Source: a virus (taxonomy: Duplodnaviria > Heunggongvirae > Uroviricota > Caudoviricetes). Taken from it: a DNA stretch of 48,572 nucleotides. Shown piece by piece: positions 1 through 10,397 of the stretch; position 1 is the stretch's first letter, and the number at the start of each line of letters is the position of its first letter. The position numbers and the translations under genes are program-made. The notes beneath the pieces are model-generated. The model searched no databases. It was not told the origin of the DNA and worked only from the letters and a program-made list of their open reading frames with translations. The DNA lies in IMG/VR virus record IMGVR_UViG_2706794699_000012. One strand, 5' to 3'.

Positions 1-212
1 CACAACATCCGAGGACAGCATCGTCCGCTGGCCCACAGAAGTCCGGAAAGTCATGGAAGGTCGTTGTTGGGAGGAGGTACAAATTCTCTCATGCAAAAAA
101 TACGTAAAATCGATAATAGCTGGAAATAATTCAATACATGCACTCTCGAAAGTGCATCAGCCAACCGCAGAACGTTATTGCATACAACGTTTCTGCGGCA
201 TAATCCCAATGA

Positions 213-833
213 TTACTCCCTGACAGGGTTCGTAGGCCACTCAATATCAGGTGCAGTTGACGTATCAACACGGTTCAGCAATACCCGATACTTTTTCCAT
301 GCTTCCAGCAACGAGATTTCTTCCTCCGTTGCAATTTCCAGATCTGCAGCATCCTGAAGCGGCGCAATATGCTCACTGGCTACCTGCATCAGGTTGTTTT
401 TTGTTTCTTCCGCCTCCCGGATCCGGAACAGTTTTTCTGCTTCCGTATCCTTCACCCAGGCTGTGCCGTTCCACTTCTGAAACNNNNNNNNNNNNNNNNN
501 NNNNNNNNNNNNNNNNNNNNNNNNNNNNNNNNNNNNNNNNNNNNNNNNNNNNNNNNNNNNNNNNNNNNNNNNNNNNNNNNNNNNNNNNNNNNNNNNNNNN
601 NNNNNNNNNNNNNNNNNNNNNNNNNNNNNNNNNNNNNNNNNNNNNNNNNNNNNNNNNNNNNNNNNNNNNNNNNNNNNNNNNNNNNNNNNNNNNNNNNNNN
701 NNNNNNNNNNNNNNNNNNNNNNNNNNNNNNNNNNNNNNNNNNNNNNNNNNNNNNNNNNNNNNNNNNNNNNNNNNNNNNNNNNNNNNNNNNNNNNTTTTAT
801 GGTCCGTGGTTGTTCACTCATTCTGAATGCCAT
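213..833 (-). CDS. tfa: tail fibre assembly protein (Tfa); interior N-masked
   Basis: C-terminal translation (...[29 protein letters not shown]) is typical of lambda/Rac Tfa; start overlaps stf stop by 1 nt; 484-794 is N. Confidence 0.75.
   Translation of the reverse strand: MAFRMSEQPRTIKXXXXXXXXXXXXXXXXXXXXXXXXXXXXXXXXXXXXXXXXXXXXXXXXXXXXXXXXXXXXXXXXXXXXXXXXXXXXXXXXXXXXXXXXXXXXXXXXXXXXXXXXFQKWNGTAWVKDTEAEKLFRIREAEETKNNLMQVASEHIAPLQDAADLEIATEEEISLLEAWKKYRVLLNRVDTSTAPDIEWPTNPVRE
484..794. other. N-masked block (311 nt) inside tfa
   Basis: Run of n characters. Confidence 1.
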
Positions 834-3793
834 TATGCAAGCCTCACAATATAGTTAAATGCGATGTTTTTGACGGTGTTTTCCGCGTTACCAGCAGCGT
901 TAACGGTGATGGTGTGTCCATGTGAACCAATCGCAACGGAGTGCGTATGAGCACCAATACCGACAGTATGCGCGTGTGCACCTGCAGATGCTGCTGTGCC
1001 GGACAGTGAATGGCTATGATTACCATCTATACTGGTATTCGCTAACCACCCCGTAGACATACCTACTGAGCCTTGTACACCCCAGGTATTTTGACCTGAG
1101 CTTGTATAACCATATTGATAAGTATCTTTAAAAACACTGGGGTTAAATCGACGGCCATCTCTATGGCTGTGATTACCAGCTGCATTCGTGCTGCCACTTA
1201 AACTATGGGTATGCGCACCAGTGTTATTCGTGGATTTAGTGCCGTAATCAAACGACGATGTGGTTTTCGTCCCCAAATCCGTACTGGATGCGCTGGCGCT
1301 GTGGGTATGCGATTTAATGCCGTCCTGTTCCTGAGACAATACGGCCCGACCACTGGCAGGTTTGCCCTTAATCGTCCAGCCACGCATATCAGGGATCACG
1401 CCTGACGGATAAGCCGCTGCAAGTTTCGGGTATGCAGATTTGTCAAAAGCCTGCCCCTGCATCAGGGCATAGCCAGACGGAACGGTATCTGATGGCCACG
1501 GGATTGGTGCGCCAGGCGGATAAAACTGCTCTGATGGCGTATAGAGTGAATAAACTGTACCGTCCGTTAACCCTTCCGGCTTATTAGCAGAATATGCTGG
1601 TGACGTATGAATCGTCACGCTGGCATTACTGGTATAATCCCATTGAATATTTACACCAGTCGCATAATTTCCGATTGCAACGTAAATATCGTAAGTATCA
1701 CCAGATGTATTAACCCAGGCAAAATTTGTAAACCCTGTCAATGTGCGCTGCCATAAAGCACCAGTAATCCCCTTCGGATTACCATTACCTGCACGTAAAA
1801 CAAGTTCAGATATACCTGCCTGTTGAGGTGACCCCACGTTAAATCCAGCGCCACCAATCAACGTAATTGAAACAACAGAACTCGCCTGTGGCATGGTTAC
1901 CGTTGCTAATTTGAACCAACCAGCACCACCGCTGAATGACATTGTTGTTGAGTTAAGCGTACCAATATCTTTCGGCGTCAGTGTTATATCCGCTGAAAGC
2001 GCCTTACCATTCACCTTACGGGCAGAAGGTACCCGACCATTCGCATTGTCATTAGCTGCTTTCACTGCTTTCGGTGTCGCAGCAAGCGTTTCAGATGTGC
2101 TGTTGGTTGCACTACTGAGCTGGACAATTCCTTTTTGTGCTGTCGTAGCGTCCTGTGCGGTGTATTTCCCGTTAGCCAGGTCATACGCGGCCTTAACGGC
2201 TTTTGGCGTTGCCGCCTGTGACTCGGAAGTGCTGTTAGTCGCACTGCTGAGCTGAACTATCCCTTTCTGTGCTGTCGTTGCATCCTGTGCGGTGTATTTC
2301 CCGTTAGCCAGGTCATACGCGGCCTTAACGGCTTTTGGCGTTGCCGCCTGTGACTCGGAAGTGCTGTTGGTCGCACTGCTGAGCTGTACTATCCCCTTTT
2401 TCGTCGTGCTCGCATCCTCAAGCGCCACGGCGGATGCAATATCCTCTGCCCGTTTTGCTGCTGTCTCGGCGCGCGTTGCCGCGGATTCCGCCGTACTTTT
2501 GCTCTGTGCTGCCGCTGCCGCACTGCCAGCAGCCTCTGTCGCCTTCGTGGATGCCGTCGTGGCGCTGCCCCTCGCTGCTGACGCCTGTCTGGTCGCCTCA
2601 TCTTTTGAAGCAGACGCAGATGATGCCGATGACGCCGCCGAACTGGCGGACGATGCGGCAGCCGTTTTTGAGGATTCTGCGCTGGTTTCCGACGCTTTCG
2701 CGTTCGTTTCGGATGTCTTCGCTGCGGAAGCAGACCTCGCTGCTGCGCTGGCCTGTTCAGTGGCTTCGCCAGCCTTCGTTGTGGCTGTTGAAGCGGATGA
2801 TGCGGCGCTTTCTGCCGATTTTCCGGCGGCGGTGGCACTGACTGCTGCCTCCTCTGCCTTAATGGACGCCTCACGGGCCGATGATGCAGCTGCTGTCTCA
2901 GAGTCTGCCGCAGCTGAGGCGCTCTGTTCCGCTGCCGTTTCAGAAGACTTAGCATTCGTCTCGGACGTTTTTGCCGCCTTCACGGAATTTCCTGCCGCCG
3001 TTGCCGAGGAGGCTGCACTGCTGGCGCTTGTGGAGGCGTTCGTTTCTGATGATTTTGCCGCCTCTTTGGAGGCCGCCGCATCTCTGGCTGAAGTGGCGGC
3101 TTCTGACGCTTTCGTTGTCGCAGTGGATGCAGAAGTGGCTGCTGATTTTTGTGACGCTGCAGCATTCGTTTCTGACGTTTTCGCCGCACCGGCACTGGTG
3201 GCCGCCGCGCTTTTTGAGGACTCTGCAGCGGCAGCACTTTTTGATGCTTCAGTGGCCTTTGTTGATGCCGTTCCTGCGCTGGAAGACGCCTCCTGAGCCG
3301 AAGTCGCGGCCTGTCCGGCTGACGTGCTGGCTGCACGCGCTGAGCCTGCAGCATCAGTCGCATGGGTTGCCGCCTCACGGGCAGATGTGCCGGCATCACT
3401 GGCTGACTTCTTCGCGGCTGCCGTGTTCTGTGCCACCGCGGACGCGTTACGCGCCACCTCTTCCACCATCAGTTCAAAACGGCGCAGAGCCTCCGGACGG
3501 GCATCATCCTCCGTCATGGCACCGAGAAAATCATTCAGCGTACCGGGTCGGGAATCTTCATACACAGTGATGGTCCCGGCATGTGACGGCGGGAATCCTT
3601 CCACCAACAGAATAACGCTGTACTGACCGTACTCAACGTCCATGCTGTAACGCCCGGCTTCATCCGGATTTTCTGAGGCCAGCGTGTTCACCACCACCGT
3701 GGTGCTGTTACGTTTTGCTTTCAGCTGGATTGTGCAGTTCTGTACCGGTTTTCCTGTGCCGTCTTTCAGTACACCTGAAATCTTTACTGCCAT
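833..3793 (-). CDS. stf: side tail fibre protein (Stf)
   Basis: N-terminus [26 protein letters not shown] and C-terminus ...[31 protein letters not shown] match lambda Stf as recalled; ATG at 3793 (track GTG at 3799); long Ala/Ser-rich central region. Confidence 0.88.
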   Translation of the reverse strand: MAVKISGVLKDGTGKPVQNCTIQLKAKRNSTTVVVNTLASENPDEAGRYSMDVEYGQYSVILLVEGFPPSHAGTITVYEDSRPGTLNDFLGAMTEDDARPEALRRFELMVEEVARNASAVAQNTAAAKKSASDAGTSAREAATHATDAAGSARAASTSAGQAATSAQEASSSAGTASTKATEASKSAAAAESSKSAAATSAGAAKTSETNAAASQKSAATSASTATTKASEAATSARDAAASKEAAKSSETNASTSASSAASSATAAGNSVKAAKTSETNAKSSETAAEQSASAAADSETAAASSAREASIKAEEAAVSATAAGKSAESAASSASTATTKAGEATEQASAAARSASAAKTSETNAKASETSAESSKTAAASSASSAASSASSASASKDEATRQASAARGSATTASTKATEAAGSAAAAAQSKSTAESAATRAETAAKRAEDIASAVALEDASTTKKGIVQLSSATNSTSESQAATPKAVKAAYDLANGKYTAQDATTAQKGIVQLSSATNSTSESQAATPKAVKAAYDLANGKYTAQDATTAQKGIVQLSSATNSTSETLAATPKAVKAANDNANGRVPSARKVNGKALSADITLTPKDIGTLNSTTMSFSGGAGWFKLATVTMPQASSVVSITLIGGAGFNVGSPQQAGISELVLRAGNGNPKGITGALWQRTLTGFTNFAWVNTSGDTYDIYVAIGNYATGVNIQWDYTSNASVTIHTSPAYSANKPEGLTDGTVYSLYTPSEQFYPPGAPIPWPSDTVPSGYALMQGQAFDKSAYPKLAAAYPSGVIPDMRGWTIKGKPASGRAVLSQEQDGIKSHTHSASASSTDLGTKTTSSFDYGTKSTNNTGAHTHSLSGSTNAAGNHSHRDGRRFNPSVFKDTYQYGYTSSGQNTWGVQGSVGMSTGWLANTSIDGNHSHSLSGTAASAGAHAHTVGIGAHTHSVAIGSHGHTITVNAAGNAENTVKNIAFNYIVRLA
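2040..2420 (-). repeat. tandem 132-bp repeat (about 2.9 copies) inside stf, encoding a 44-aa fibre repeat
   Basis: The string gtgctgtt recurs at 2097, 2229 and 2361 (period 132); the protein shows [44 protein letters not shown] three times. Confidence 0.85.
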
Positions 3794-3802
3794 ATTCACC
3801 CC

Positions 3803-3831
3803 ACAAAAAAGCCCGCCTGAACCGGCGGGCT
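3803..3831 (-). terminator. rho-independent terminator downstream of lom
   Basis: Stem agcccgcc (3810-3817) / ggcgggct (3824-3831), loop tgaacc, followed on the minus strand by a U-run (plus A-run 3804-3810). Confidence 0.7.
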
Positions 3832-3857
3832 GTCATAACACTGTGTTACCTGGCTAA

Positions 3858-4457
3858 TCAGAACTTATAACCGACACCCACGATGAAACCGTCAGTGCGC
3901 CAGTCGCCACTGCCGGAGCCTTCATAAGCAATATCAATGGCCACGGATTCGGTCGGGTTAAACTGCACGCCAGCTCCCCACGCCAGAGACGTGTTGCTGT
4001 GGCGACCGTCATCACTTCCGGTCAGCACGTCGTGCGTTTTCCCCTTGTTGTCAGTTACGCGGAGATAATCCCCGGAGAAAGTCGACACACGGCTGTAAGC
4101 CACACCCGCCATCGCATACGCGCTGAACCATTCATTCACGCGCACAGACGGCCCCGCCATTACGCTGAACCAGCGGTTACGAACGGAATCTTCATGCCAG
4201 CGGGTATCGCTGTAACGGGTCAGCTGGCGATTCTTGTCTCCTGCATAGCTGAATGACGTCACCAGCCCCAGCGTATCCGTAAACTCATAACGGTATTTCA
4301 CGTTAATCCCGTTCAGATCATCACTGCCGGGAACGTTGGTCCGGGCATGAAGATACCCCGCGCTCAGCGTGGACTGATGTTCAGACGCCCATGCAGGCGC
4401 ACCGGATACGGCCAGACAAATGGCTGCGGACAAAATGGCGGCACAAACTTTACGCAT
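3858..4457 (-). CDS. lom: Lom outer-membrane protein (Ail/Lom/PagC family)
   Basis: Signal peptide MRKVCAAILSAAICLAVSGAPAWA, beta-barrel-like alternating pattern, C-terminal ...GVGYKF; sits between J and stf as in lambda. Confidence 0.9.
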   Translation of the reverse strand: MRKVCAAILSAAICLAVSGAPAWASEHQSTLSAGYLHARTNVPGSDDLNGINVKYRYEFTDTLGLVTSFSYAGDKNRQLTRYSDTRWHEDSVRNRWFSVMAGPSVRVNEWFSAYAMAGVAYSRVSTFSGDYLRVTDNKGKTHDVLTGSDDGRHSNTSLAWGAGVQFNPTESVAIDIAYEGSGSGDWRTDGFIVGVGYKF

Positions 4458-4481
4458 AATTACCTCTCGCTTTTCTGCAAT

Positions 4482-4505
4482 AAAAAAGGCGTCATTCCTG
4501 ACGCC
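4482..4505 (-). terminator. rho-independent terminator between J and lom
   Basis: Stem ggcgtca (4488-4494) / tgacgcc (4499-4505), loop ttcc, U-run on the minus strand (plus A-run 4482-4487). Confidence 0.7.
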
Positions 4506-4527
4506 ATTTATTGGGGTTATAAATATT

Positions 4528-7500
4528 TCAACGAATACTGATGCCGGAAGCCGCTTTTTTGGTCACAATCACCGTACAGTCGGTGATATTGCCTGCCCCC
4601 TGATTGCCTTTCTGGAAAATCTTAAACTCCAGAGTGACGCTACCACCACCACTAGGCATATCAATAACTGCACTGTAACTACCGGGAATGGCACCTTTAG
4701 TTTCTCTGGATGCGATTAATACGCCGTTTTTGCGAACTTCAAAACCATAACCCGTGTATCGCGTGCCTCCCGGGTTATTTCCGCTCCCCGGATCGTCATA
4801 CGCTATACCGTTAAAAATAATGGGCGGAATAATAATCTGGCGGTCAAAGTTATGATCATCGCTGATGGTGACTGTAACCGTACCGTCTGGTGTTTCCGTG
4901 TTACCCCACGTACCGACTTTTTTCGGGAAGGCTTTTGATACAGCTTTAACGAAATCCCCTCTGACCTGGGTCGCCTCCAGCATGCCCTTAATCGTACAGT
5001 TCTGGTTAATCGTGACATTGTTGAGCGTTCCTGAGTTCGCATTCACACTACCACTGATATCCGCATTTTTAGCGGTCAGCTTTCCGTCTGATGTCAGGGA
5101 AAATACCGGAGGACTGCCACCGCTGGTAATGGCGGGGGCTGTCAGGCGCTTCAGGAACACGTCGTTCATGAATATCTGGTTGCCCTGCGCCACAAACATC
5201 GGCGTTTCATTCCCGTTTGCCGGGTCAATAAACGCGATACGATTGGCGGCAACCAGAAACTGGCTCAGCTTGCCTTCCTCCGTGTCCTCCATGCTGAGGC
5301 CAATACCCGCGACATAATGTTTGCCGTCTTTGGTCTGCTCAATTTTGACGCCCCACATCGCATTCCATTTATCGTTAGCGTCCTTCCACTCTTTCGAAAA
5401 CTCATCCAGTCTGCTGGCGTTATCCTCCGTCAGATCAACTTTTTCCAGCAGCTCTTTACCGAGATGGGATTCGGTTATCTTGCCTTTGAAAAAATCCAGG
5501 TAACCTTCCGCATCATCGCTCGCCCGACCGACGGCCTCCACGAATGCCGATTTGCCAACGGTGTTCACACTGCGGATATAAAAGTAATAATCATGGCCCG
5601 GTTTGATATTGATACTGGCGGCTATCCAGTACAGCCCCGCGCCAAGGTAGCGGGCTGTGGTTTCAACCTGCCTGATATCGGTAATCCGCGTTTCCGAGAA
5701 CCAGAACTCAAACTGTACCGTCGGATCATAAACCGCAAGATGCGGCGTGGCAGTTATCTGAAAATAGCCCGGCGTCAGCTCAATCCGCGACGGTGCTACC
5801 GGTGCGGCAATCCTGAACGATACCGACGCCGGATCGCCCTGCTGTCCCCAGGCATTTACCGCCCGGACTGTCAGCGTGTACCGTCCCAGCGCCAGTTGCG
5901 TGAAGCGGTATGTGGTTTCCGTCGTCCGGGCCGTGCTGACCAGCCGCTCACTGNNNNNNNNNNNNNNNNNNNNNNNNNNNNNNNNNNNNNNNNNNNNNNN
6001 NNNNNNNNNNNNNNNNNNNNNNNNNNNNNNNNNNNNNNNNNNNNNNNNNNNNNNNNNNNNNNNNNNNNNNNNNNNNNNNNNNNNNNNNNNNNNNNNNNNN
6101 NNNNNNNNNNNNNNNNNNNNNNNNNNNNNNNNNNNNNNNNNNNNNNNNNNNNNNNNNNNNNNNNNNNNNNNNNNNNNNNNNNNNNNNNNNNNNNNNNNNN
6201 NNNNNNNNNNNNNNNNNNNNNNNNNNNNNNNNNNNNNNNNNNNNNNNNNNNNNNNNNNNNNNNNNNNNNNNNNNNNNNNNNNNNNNNNNNNNNNNNNNNN
6301 NNNNNNNNNNNNNNNNNNNNNNNNNGCCGTCAGGAACACGGCTCACTTTCACCTTCACGCCGTCGGTGACGGACTGAACCTCCACGCTGACCGGATTGCC
6401 ACTTCCGTCAACCAGGCTTATCAGCATGGTACCGGAGGATGGCAGCGTGATTTCACGGTCGAGCGTCAGCGTCCGGGTCTGGCTGTTTACCGCCAGCACG
6501 CGCCCGCCGATGCTGATACCCGCATAGTCATCATCACAGATTTCAATGACATCGCCCGGCACATGGCGAAGCCCTTCTGCGCCCACGCTGAAGTCCACGG
6601 TCTGCGTTTCCAGCAGTTCTGTTTTAATCAGCCACAGCCCGGCGCGGTGTGCCTGCCCCCGGCTGGTACAGCCAAAAGCATCCATCTTCGTGACGTTACG
6701 ACCGTAACGGGCAATGGCCTGCGTATCCTCCACAAGCTCTGTCGCCGTCTCCCAGCCGTTATCCGGGTCAATCCAGTTCACCTCAACGGCATTATGGCGG
6801 TCTTTCAGGGCGCTGAAGCTGTAGCGGAACGGCGCGCCATCATCCGGCATCACCACATTACTGCGGTTATAGGTCCACACCTTATCCGACGGTCGGTCCT
6901 GCACGAACGTCAGCGTCTGCCCGTTCCATACCGGCATACAGCGCATCGCCGAGCAGAAATCACTGAGCACATCCCACGCCTTGCGCTGTGTGGTCAGGTA
7001 CGCATTACAGGTGATGCGCGGCTCCGTGCCGCCAAAGCCGTCCGGCACTGACTGGTCGCAGTACTGGCCGATGACATACAGCGCCCATTTGTCCACATCC
7101 GCCGCACCAAGACGTTTCCCCATGCCGTAGCGCGGGTGGGTCAGCATATCCCACAGACACCAGGCCATGTTGTTGCTGTATGCTGGTTTTAACGTTCCGT
7201 CCCAGATACCGCTGTATTGTCGCGTCTGCGGGTTATAGTTCGACGGCACCTGCAGAATGCGCCCGCGAAGATGATAATTACGACTCACCTGCTGGCTGCC
7301 GAACTGCTCCGAGTCCACCTGTACGCCGACCAGTGCAGTGTTCGGGTAGCACTGTTTCACATCGATGATTTCGGTGTATGACGACCAGAGCGTTTTGTTC
7401 TGCAGCTGGTCTGTGGTGCTGTCCGGTGTCATCCTGCGCATCCGGATACTGAACGGGCGCGGAGGCAGGTTATCCACCACCACCGAGACCAGATACTGCG

Positions 7501-7981
7501 AGGTGGTTTTGCCCTTAATGGTGATGTCTTTTTCCGTCACCCAGCCACCGTTACGCTGTATCTGAACCAGCAGGCGGACTTCCGACGGATTCCTGTCTCC
7601 CTTTGAGGTGGTTTCCACCAGTGCCTGTACACCGAAGGTAAAGCGCAGACGGTCGATGTTTGCCGACGTGATGGTCCGGGTGATCGGCGTGTCATATTTC
7701 ACTTCCGTACCCAGCACCGTCTCGGAGCCGGAGGATTCAAACCCCTCCGGCGGTGACTGCTCCTGCTCACCTGCCCGGAACACCACCGTGACGCCGGAGA
7801 TGTTGGTATTCCCCTCATTGTCCAGCACCGGCGTACTGTTCAGCAGCACGCTTTTTAATCCATCCACCGGACCTTCAACCGGCCCTTCACTGATGGCATC
7901 GATCACACTCAGCAGCTGCGTGGACTTCAGGTTGTCCTTCGCTTCGCGCGGGGTATGCCCCTTACTGCTGCCTTTACCCAT
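4528..7981 (-). CDS. J: host specificity protein J (central tail fibre); interior N-masked, frame changes across the gap
   Basis: N-terminal ORF (5948..7981) begins [24 protein letters not shown] and resembles lambda J throughout; C-terminal ORF (4528..6339) continues in a different frame on the other side of the N block 5954-6325. Confidence 0.85.
5954..6325. other. N-masked block (372 nt) inside J
   Basis: Run of n characters. Confidence 1.
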
Positions 7982-8041
7982 TCCTCACGCTCCATAAACG
8001 ACAAAACCGCCCGCAGGCGGTTTCTCATAAAACATTTTGCA

Positions 8042-8713
8042 TCAGCGACCAATCACCACAACCTGACCACCATCCCCTTCGTCTGCCGTGCTGATCTCCT
8101 GAGAAACCACACGTGACCCCACGCGCATTTCCCCGTACAGAACAGGCAGAACATTACCCTGGGCAACCATGTTATCCAGTGACGAGAAATACGTGTTCTG
8201 TTTGCCGTTATCTGTACTGGCTGCCGTGGGCGTCCTGGCTTTCGGTGCCAGCATCTGCGCCACACCACCCAGGATCATACTGGCCCCTGCTGCATACATA
8301 CCCGATACAGCCGCGGCCCCCAGCCAGCCCACAGGGTTCCACCATGCCACCGCAATCAGCGCCGCACCCAGCACCGCCTGAAACACACCGCCACTTTTGG
8401 CACCCGCCAGACGCGGAACGATGTGGATCACGGCACCATTTGCCAGCGGTTCATTAAGACGGGCAGATAATTCATTTTCGCCTGCATCACGCCCGGCAAT
8501 GCGCACCTGATACCAGCCGTCGCTCAGTTTCTGACGAAATGCCGGGAGCTGTGTGGCCAGTGCCCGGATGGCTTCGNNNNNNNNNNNNNNNNNNNNNNNN
8601 NNNNNNNNNNNNNNNNNNNNNNNNNNNNNNNNNNNNNNNNNNNNNNNNNNNNNNNNNNNNNNNNNNNNNNNNNNNNNNNNNNNNNNNNNNNNNNNNNNNN
8701 NNNNNNNNNNNNN
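8042..8713 (-). CDS. I: tail assembly protein I; 5' part lies in N block, start coordinate estimated
   Basis: Visible C-terminal part ...GVFQAVLGAALIAVAWWNPVGW...VLPVLYGEMRVGSRVV is lambda-I-like; upstream boundary inside 8577-8970 N run, estimated from lambda I length. Confidence 0.65.
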   Translation of the reverse strand, partial: XXXXXXXXXXXXXXXXXXXXXXXXXXXXXXXXXXXXXXXXXXXXXXEAIRALATQLPAFRQKLSDGWYQVRIAGRDAGENELSARLNEPLANGAVIHIVPRLAGAKSGGVFQAVLGAALIAVAWWNPVGWLGAAAVSGMYAAGASMILGGVAQMLAPKARTPTAASTDNGKQNTYFSSLDNMVAQGNVLPVLYGEMRVGSRVVSQEISTADEGDGGQVVVIGR

Positions 8714-8970
8714 NNNNNNNNNNNNNNNNNNNNNNNNNNNNNNNNNNNNNNNNNNNNNNNNNNNNNNNNNNNNNNNNNNNNNNNNNNNNNNNNNNNNNNN
8801 NNNNNNNNNNNNNNNNNNNNNNNNNNNNNNNNNNNNNNNNNNNNNNNNNNNNNNNNNNNNNNNNNNNNNNNNNNNNNNNNNNNNNNNNNNNNNNNNNNNN
8901 NNNNNNNNNNNNNNNNNNNNNNNNNNNNNNNNNNNNNNNNNNNNNNNNNNNNNNNNNNNNNNNNNNNNNN
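8577..8970. other. N-masked block (394 nt) covering the K/I junction
   Basis: Run of n characters. Confidence 1.
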
Positions 8971-9355
8971 AAGCGTCCCGGAACAGCGTGTAACAGTCCG
9001 TCACCCCGTGCTCAAAGCGCCGCCCGGTGAGATGCGGCACACAGCGGAACTTGTGAATCGCCCCGCGGCAGACCAGCCACCACGACAAATCACTCTGCAC
9101 CTGCAGCCGCCGGTCGGCCTCACTCAGCCAGGGCAGACCACCGGGGTGGCTGTGGACCAGCGCCACAATCTCACCCTGCATCTCTGCCTGCAGCCAGTCC
9201 TCCGGAGCCATCCGGAAATACTCCTCCGGCTCACCGGAAATATTCACGCAGGGAAAATATCTTTCCCCCTCCGGTGTTCTCACCACGAAGCCGCACGACT
9301 CCGCTGGCGCACATCGCCGGGCGTGCGCCAGAATCGCTGATTCTGTCTGTGTCAT
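8756..9355 (-). CDS. K: tail assembly protein K (JAB/MPN + NlpC/P60 type); 3' part lies in N block, end coordinate estimated
   Basis: N-terminus MTQTESAILAHARRCAPAESCGFVV...HSHPGG (JAB-like H-S-H motif) is lambda-K-like; stop hidden in N run, end estimated from lambda K length. Confidence 0.65.
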
Positions 9356-9360
9356 GGGAT

Positions 9361-10059
9361 TTACTGCGAAAGTTTGTTAATGGAAAGGAAGCCGCCAAAG
9401 TTGCCGACGTTATTGCGGAACTTACAACCGCTCAGGCATTTGCTGCATTTATCCTTCGTGATATCGGACGTTGGCTGGTCATATTCATCCGCGACAGCCG
9501 GACCGTGATAACCGCACTCATCACCGCGATAGGTCCAGGTGCAGGTATTAGCAAGCATGATGCGCCCCGGAAAAACAGCGCCGTCCGTTTCCGTCGGCGT
9601 GGACAGTACAAAGGAGGCACTGACCGCGCTCAGTTCGCTGCACTGCTCAATACGCCAGCGGCTGATCACCTCCTGCTCCGGATCGGCGTCACTGTTTCCG
9701 TTGACGAAGTTCACCGCATCCAGAAAACGGGCGTAAACCTTACGCCTGACCACCGTTCCGCCGACCAGACTCTGCAGGTCTTCCGCCATCCCGGTGACCA
9801 TGCCGTGCAGATTAGAGACTTTCAGCGTTGGCCTTGCACTGGCACCTTTGCCGTTCATCTCAAATCCACTCCCCTGAATGGGATAGGCCTGATACTGCCG
9901 ACTCTGCCAGGTGACAGACTCTCCTTTCTCGTTCTGCTCATTGCAGAAAAAGTAGCGATCCCCGCCTACCTCGGTCAGGTCGATTTCCCAGAGCACCACG
10001 CTGGCCGACTGCTCCGCACGAATGCATTCATTCAGCGTTTCCTGTTGTATGTCCTGCAT
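9361..10059 (-). CDS. L: minor tail protein L
   Basis: 232 aa, same length as lambda L; position between K and M; C-terminal Cys cluster (CSKCLSGC). Confidence 0.85.
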   Translation of the reverse strand: MQDIQQETLNECIRAEQSASVVLWEIDLTEVGGDRYFFCNEQNEKGESVTWQSRQYQAYPIQGSGFEMNGKGASARPTLKVSNLHGMVTGMAEDLQSLVGGTVVRRKVYARFLDAVNFVNGNSDADPEQEVISRWRIEQCSELSAVSASFVLSTPTETDGAVFPGRIMLANTCTWTYRGDECGYHGPAVADEYDQPTSDITKDKCSKCLSGCKFRNNVGNFGGFLSINKLSQ

Positions 10060-10397
10060 CAGATCACCACTTCGTCAAACTGACACGAAAAATCGGTATA
10101 GGTGATATGTTCTGTCGCTGACCACGTTCGACACACCACTCTGATTTTTCTGTTAATACCCGGCGGGCGCCAAAAAAAAGATTTATAGCCTTCATGCCGG
10201 GCTAAAAATTTTTCAAATGAATCACGTTCATTCGCCTCAACTTTGAAATCACAGGTGAAAACGCGCAGAGAATGATTAAGTCCATTTGGACTTCGTTGCT
10301 CATAACCATCACCAAATCTTACAGTTTTTATCGATGGTTTATTTTCTGTTTTCATTCCATCCTCTGGTAACCAGTGAAATTCTTCCGTATTAGCCAC
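10059..10397 (-). CDS. M: minor tail protein M
   Basis: 112 aa, position between L and tape measure, overlapping start/stop with neighbours. Confidence 0.85.
   Translation of the reverse strand: MANTEEFHWLPEDGMKTENKPSIKTVRFGDGYEQRSPNGLNHSLRVFTCDFKVEANERDSFEKFLARHEGYKSFFWRPPGINRKIRVVCRTWSATEHITYTDFSCQFDEVVI

Noticed and set aside
165-198. Inverted repeat at the left edge as a pin/gin-type invertase crossover site
   Set aside because: It does not resemble the 26-bp gix/hix-type sites I recall, and no invertase gene is in the window; kept only as a low-interest boundary observation.
53-220. Plus-strand 56-aa ORF (MEGRCWEEVQILSCKKYVKS...) at the left edge
   Set aside because: No SD, runs into the tfa 3' end, no recognisable features.
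251-854. Plus-strand ORFs 251..826 and 369..854 opposite tfa
   Set aside because: Most of their length is the N-masked block translated as X; antisense to tfa.
1893-3626. Many long ORFs on both strands inside stf (e.g. 2292..3296 +, 2389..2955 -, 2980..3399 -, 2971..3570 +)
   Set aside because: They overlap the well-supported stf frame and arise from GC-rich, low-complexity Ala/Ser repeat DNA that is open in several frames; their translations are Ala/Arg/Pro-rich nonsense.
5317-7051. Plus-strand ORFs 5317..6369 and 5876..7051 antisense to J
   Set aside because: They span the N block and overlap the J coding strand; no SD; Arg-rich translations typical of antisense frames.
8539-9340. Plus-strand ORFs (8539..9030, 8553..8993, 9008..9340) opposite K/I
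   Set aside because: Largely N-derived or antisense to K; no independent support.
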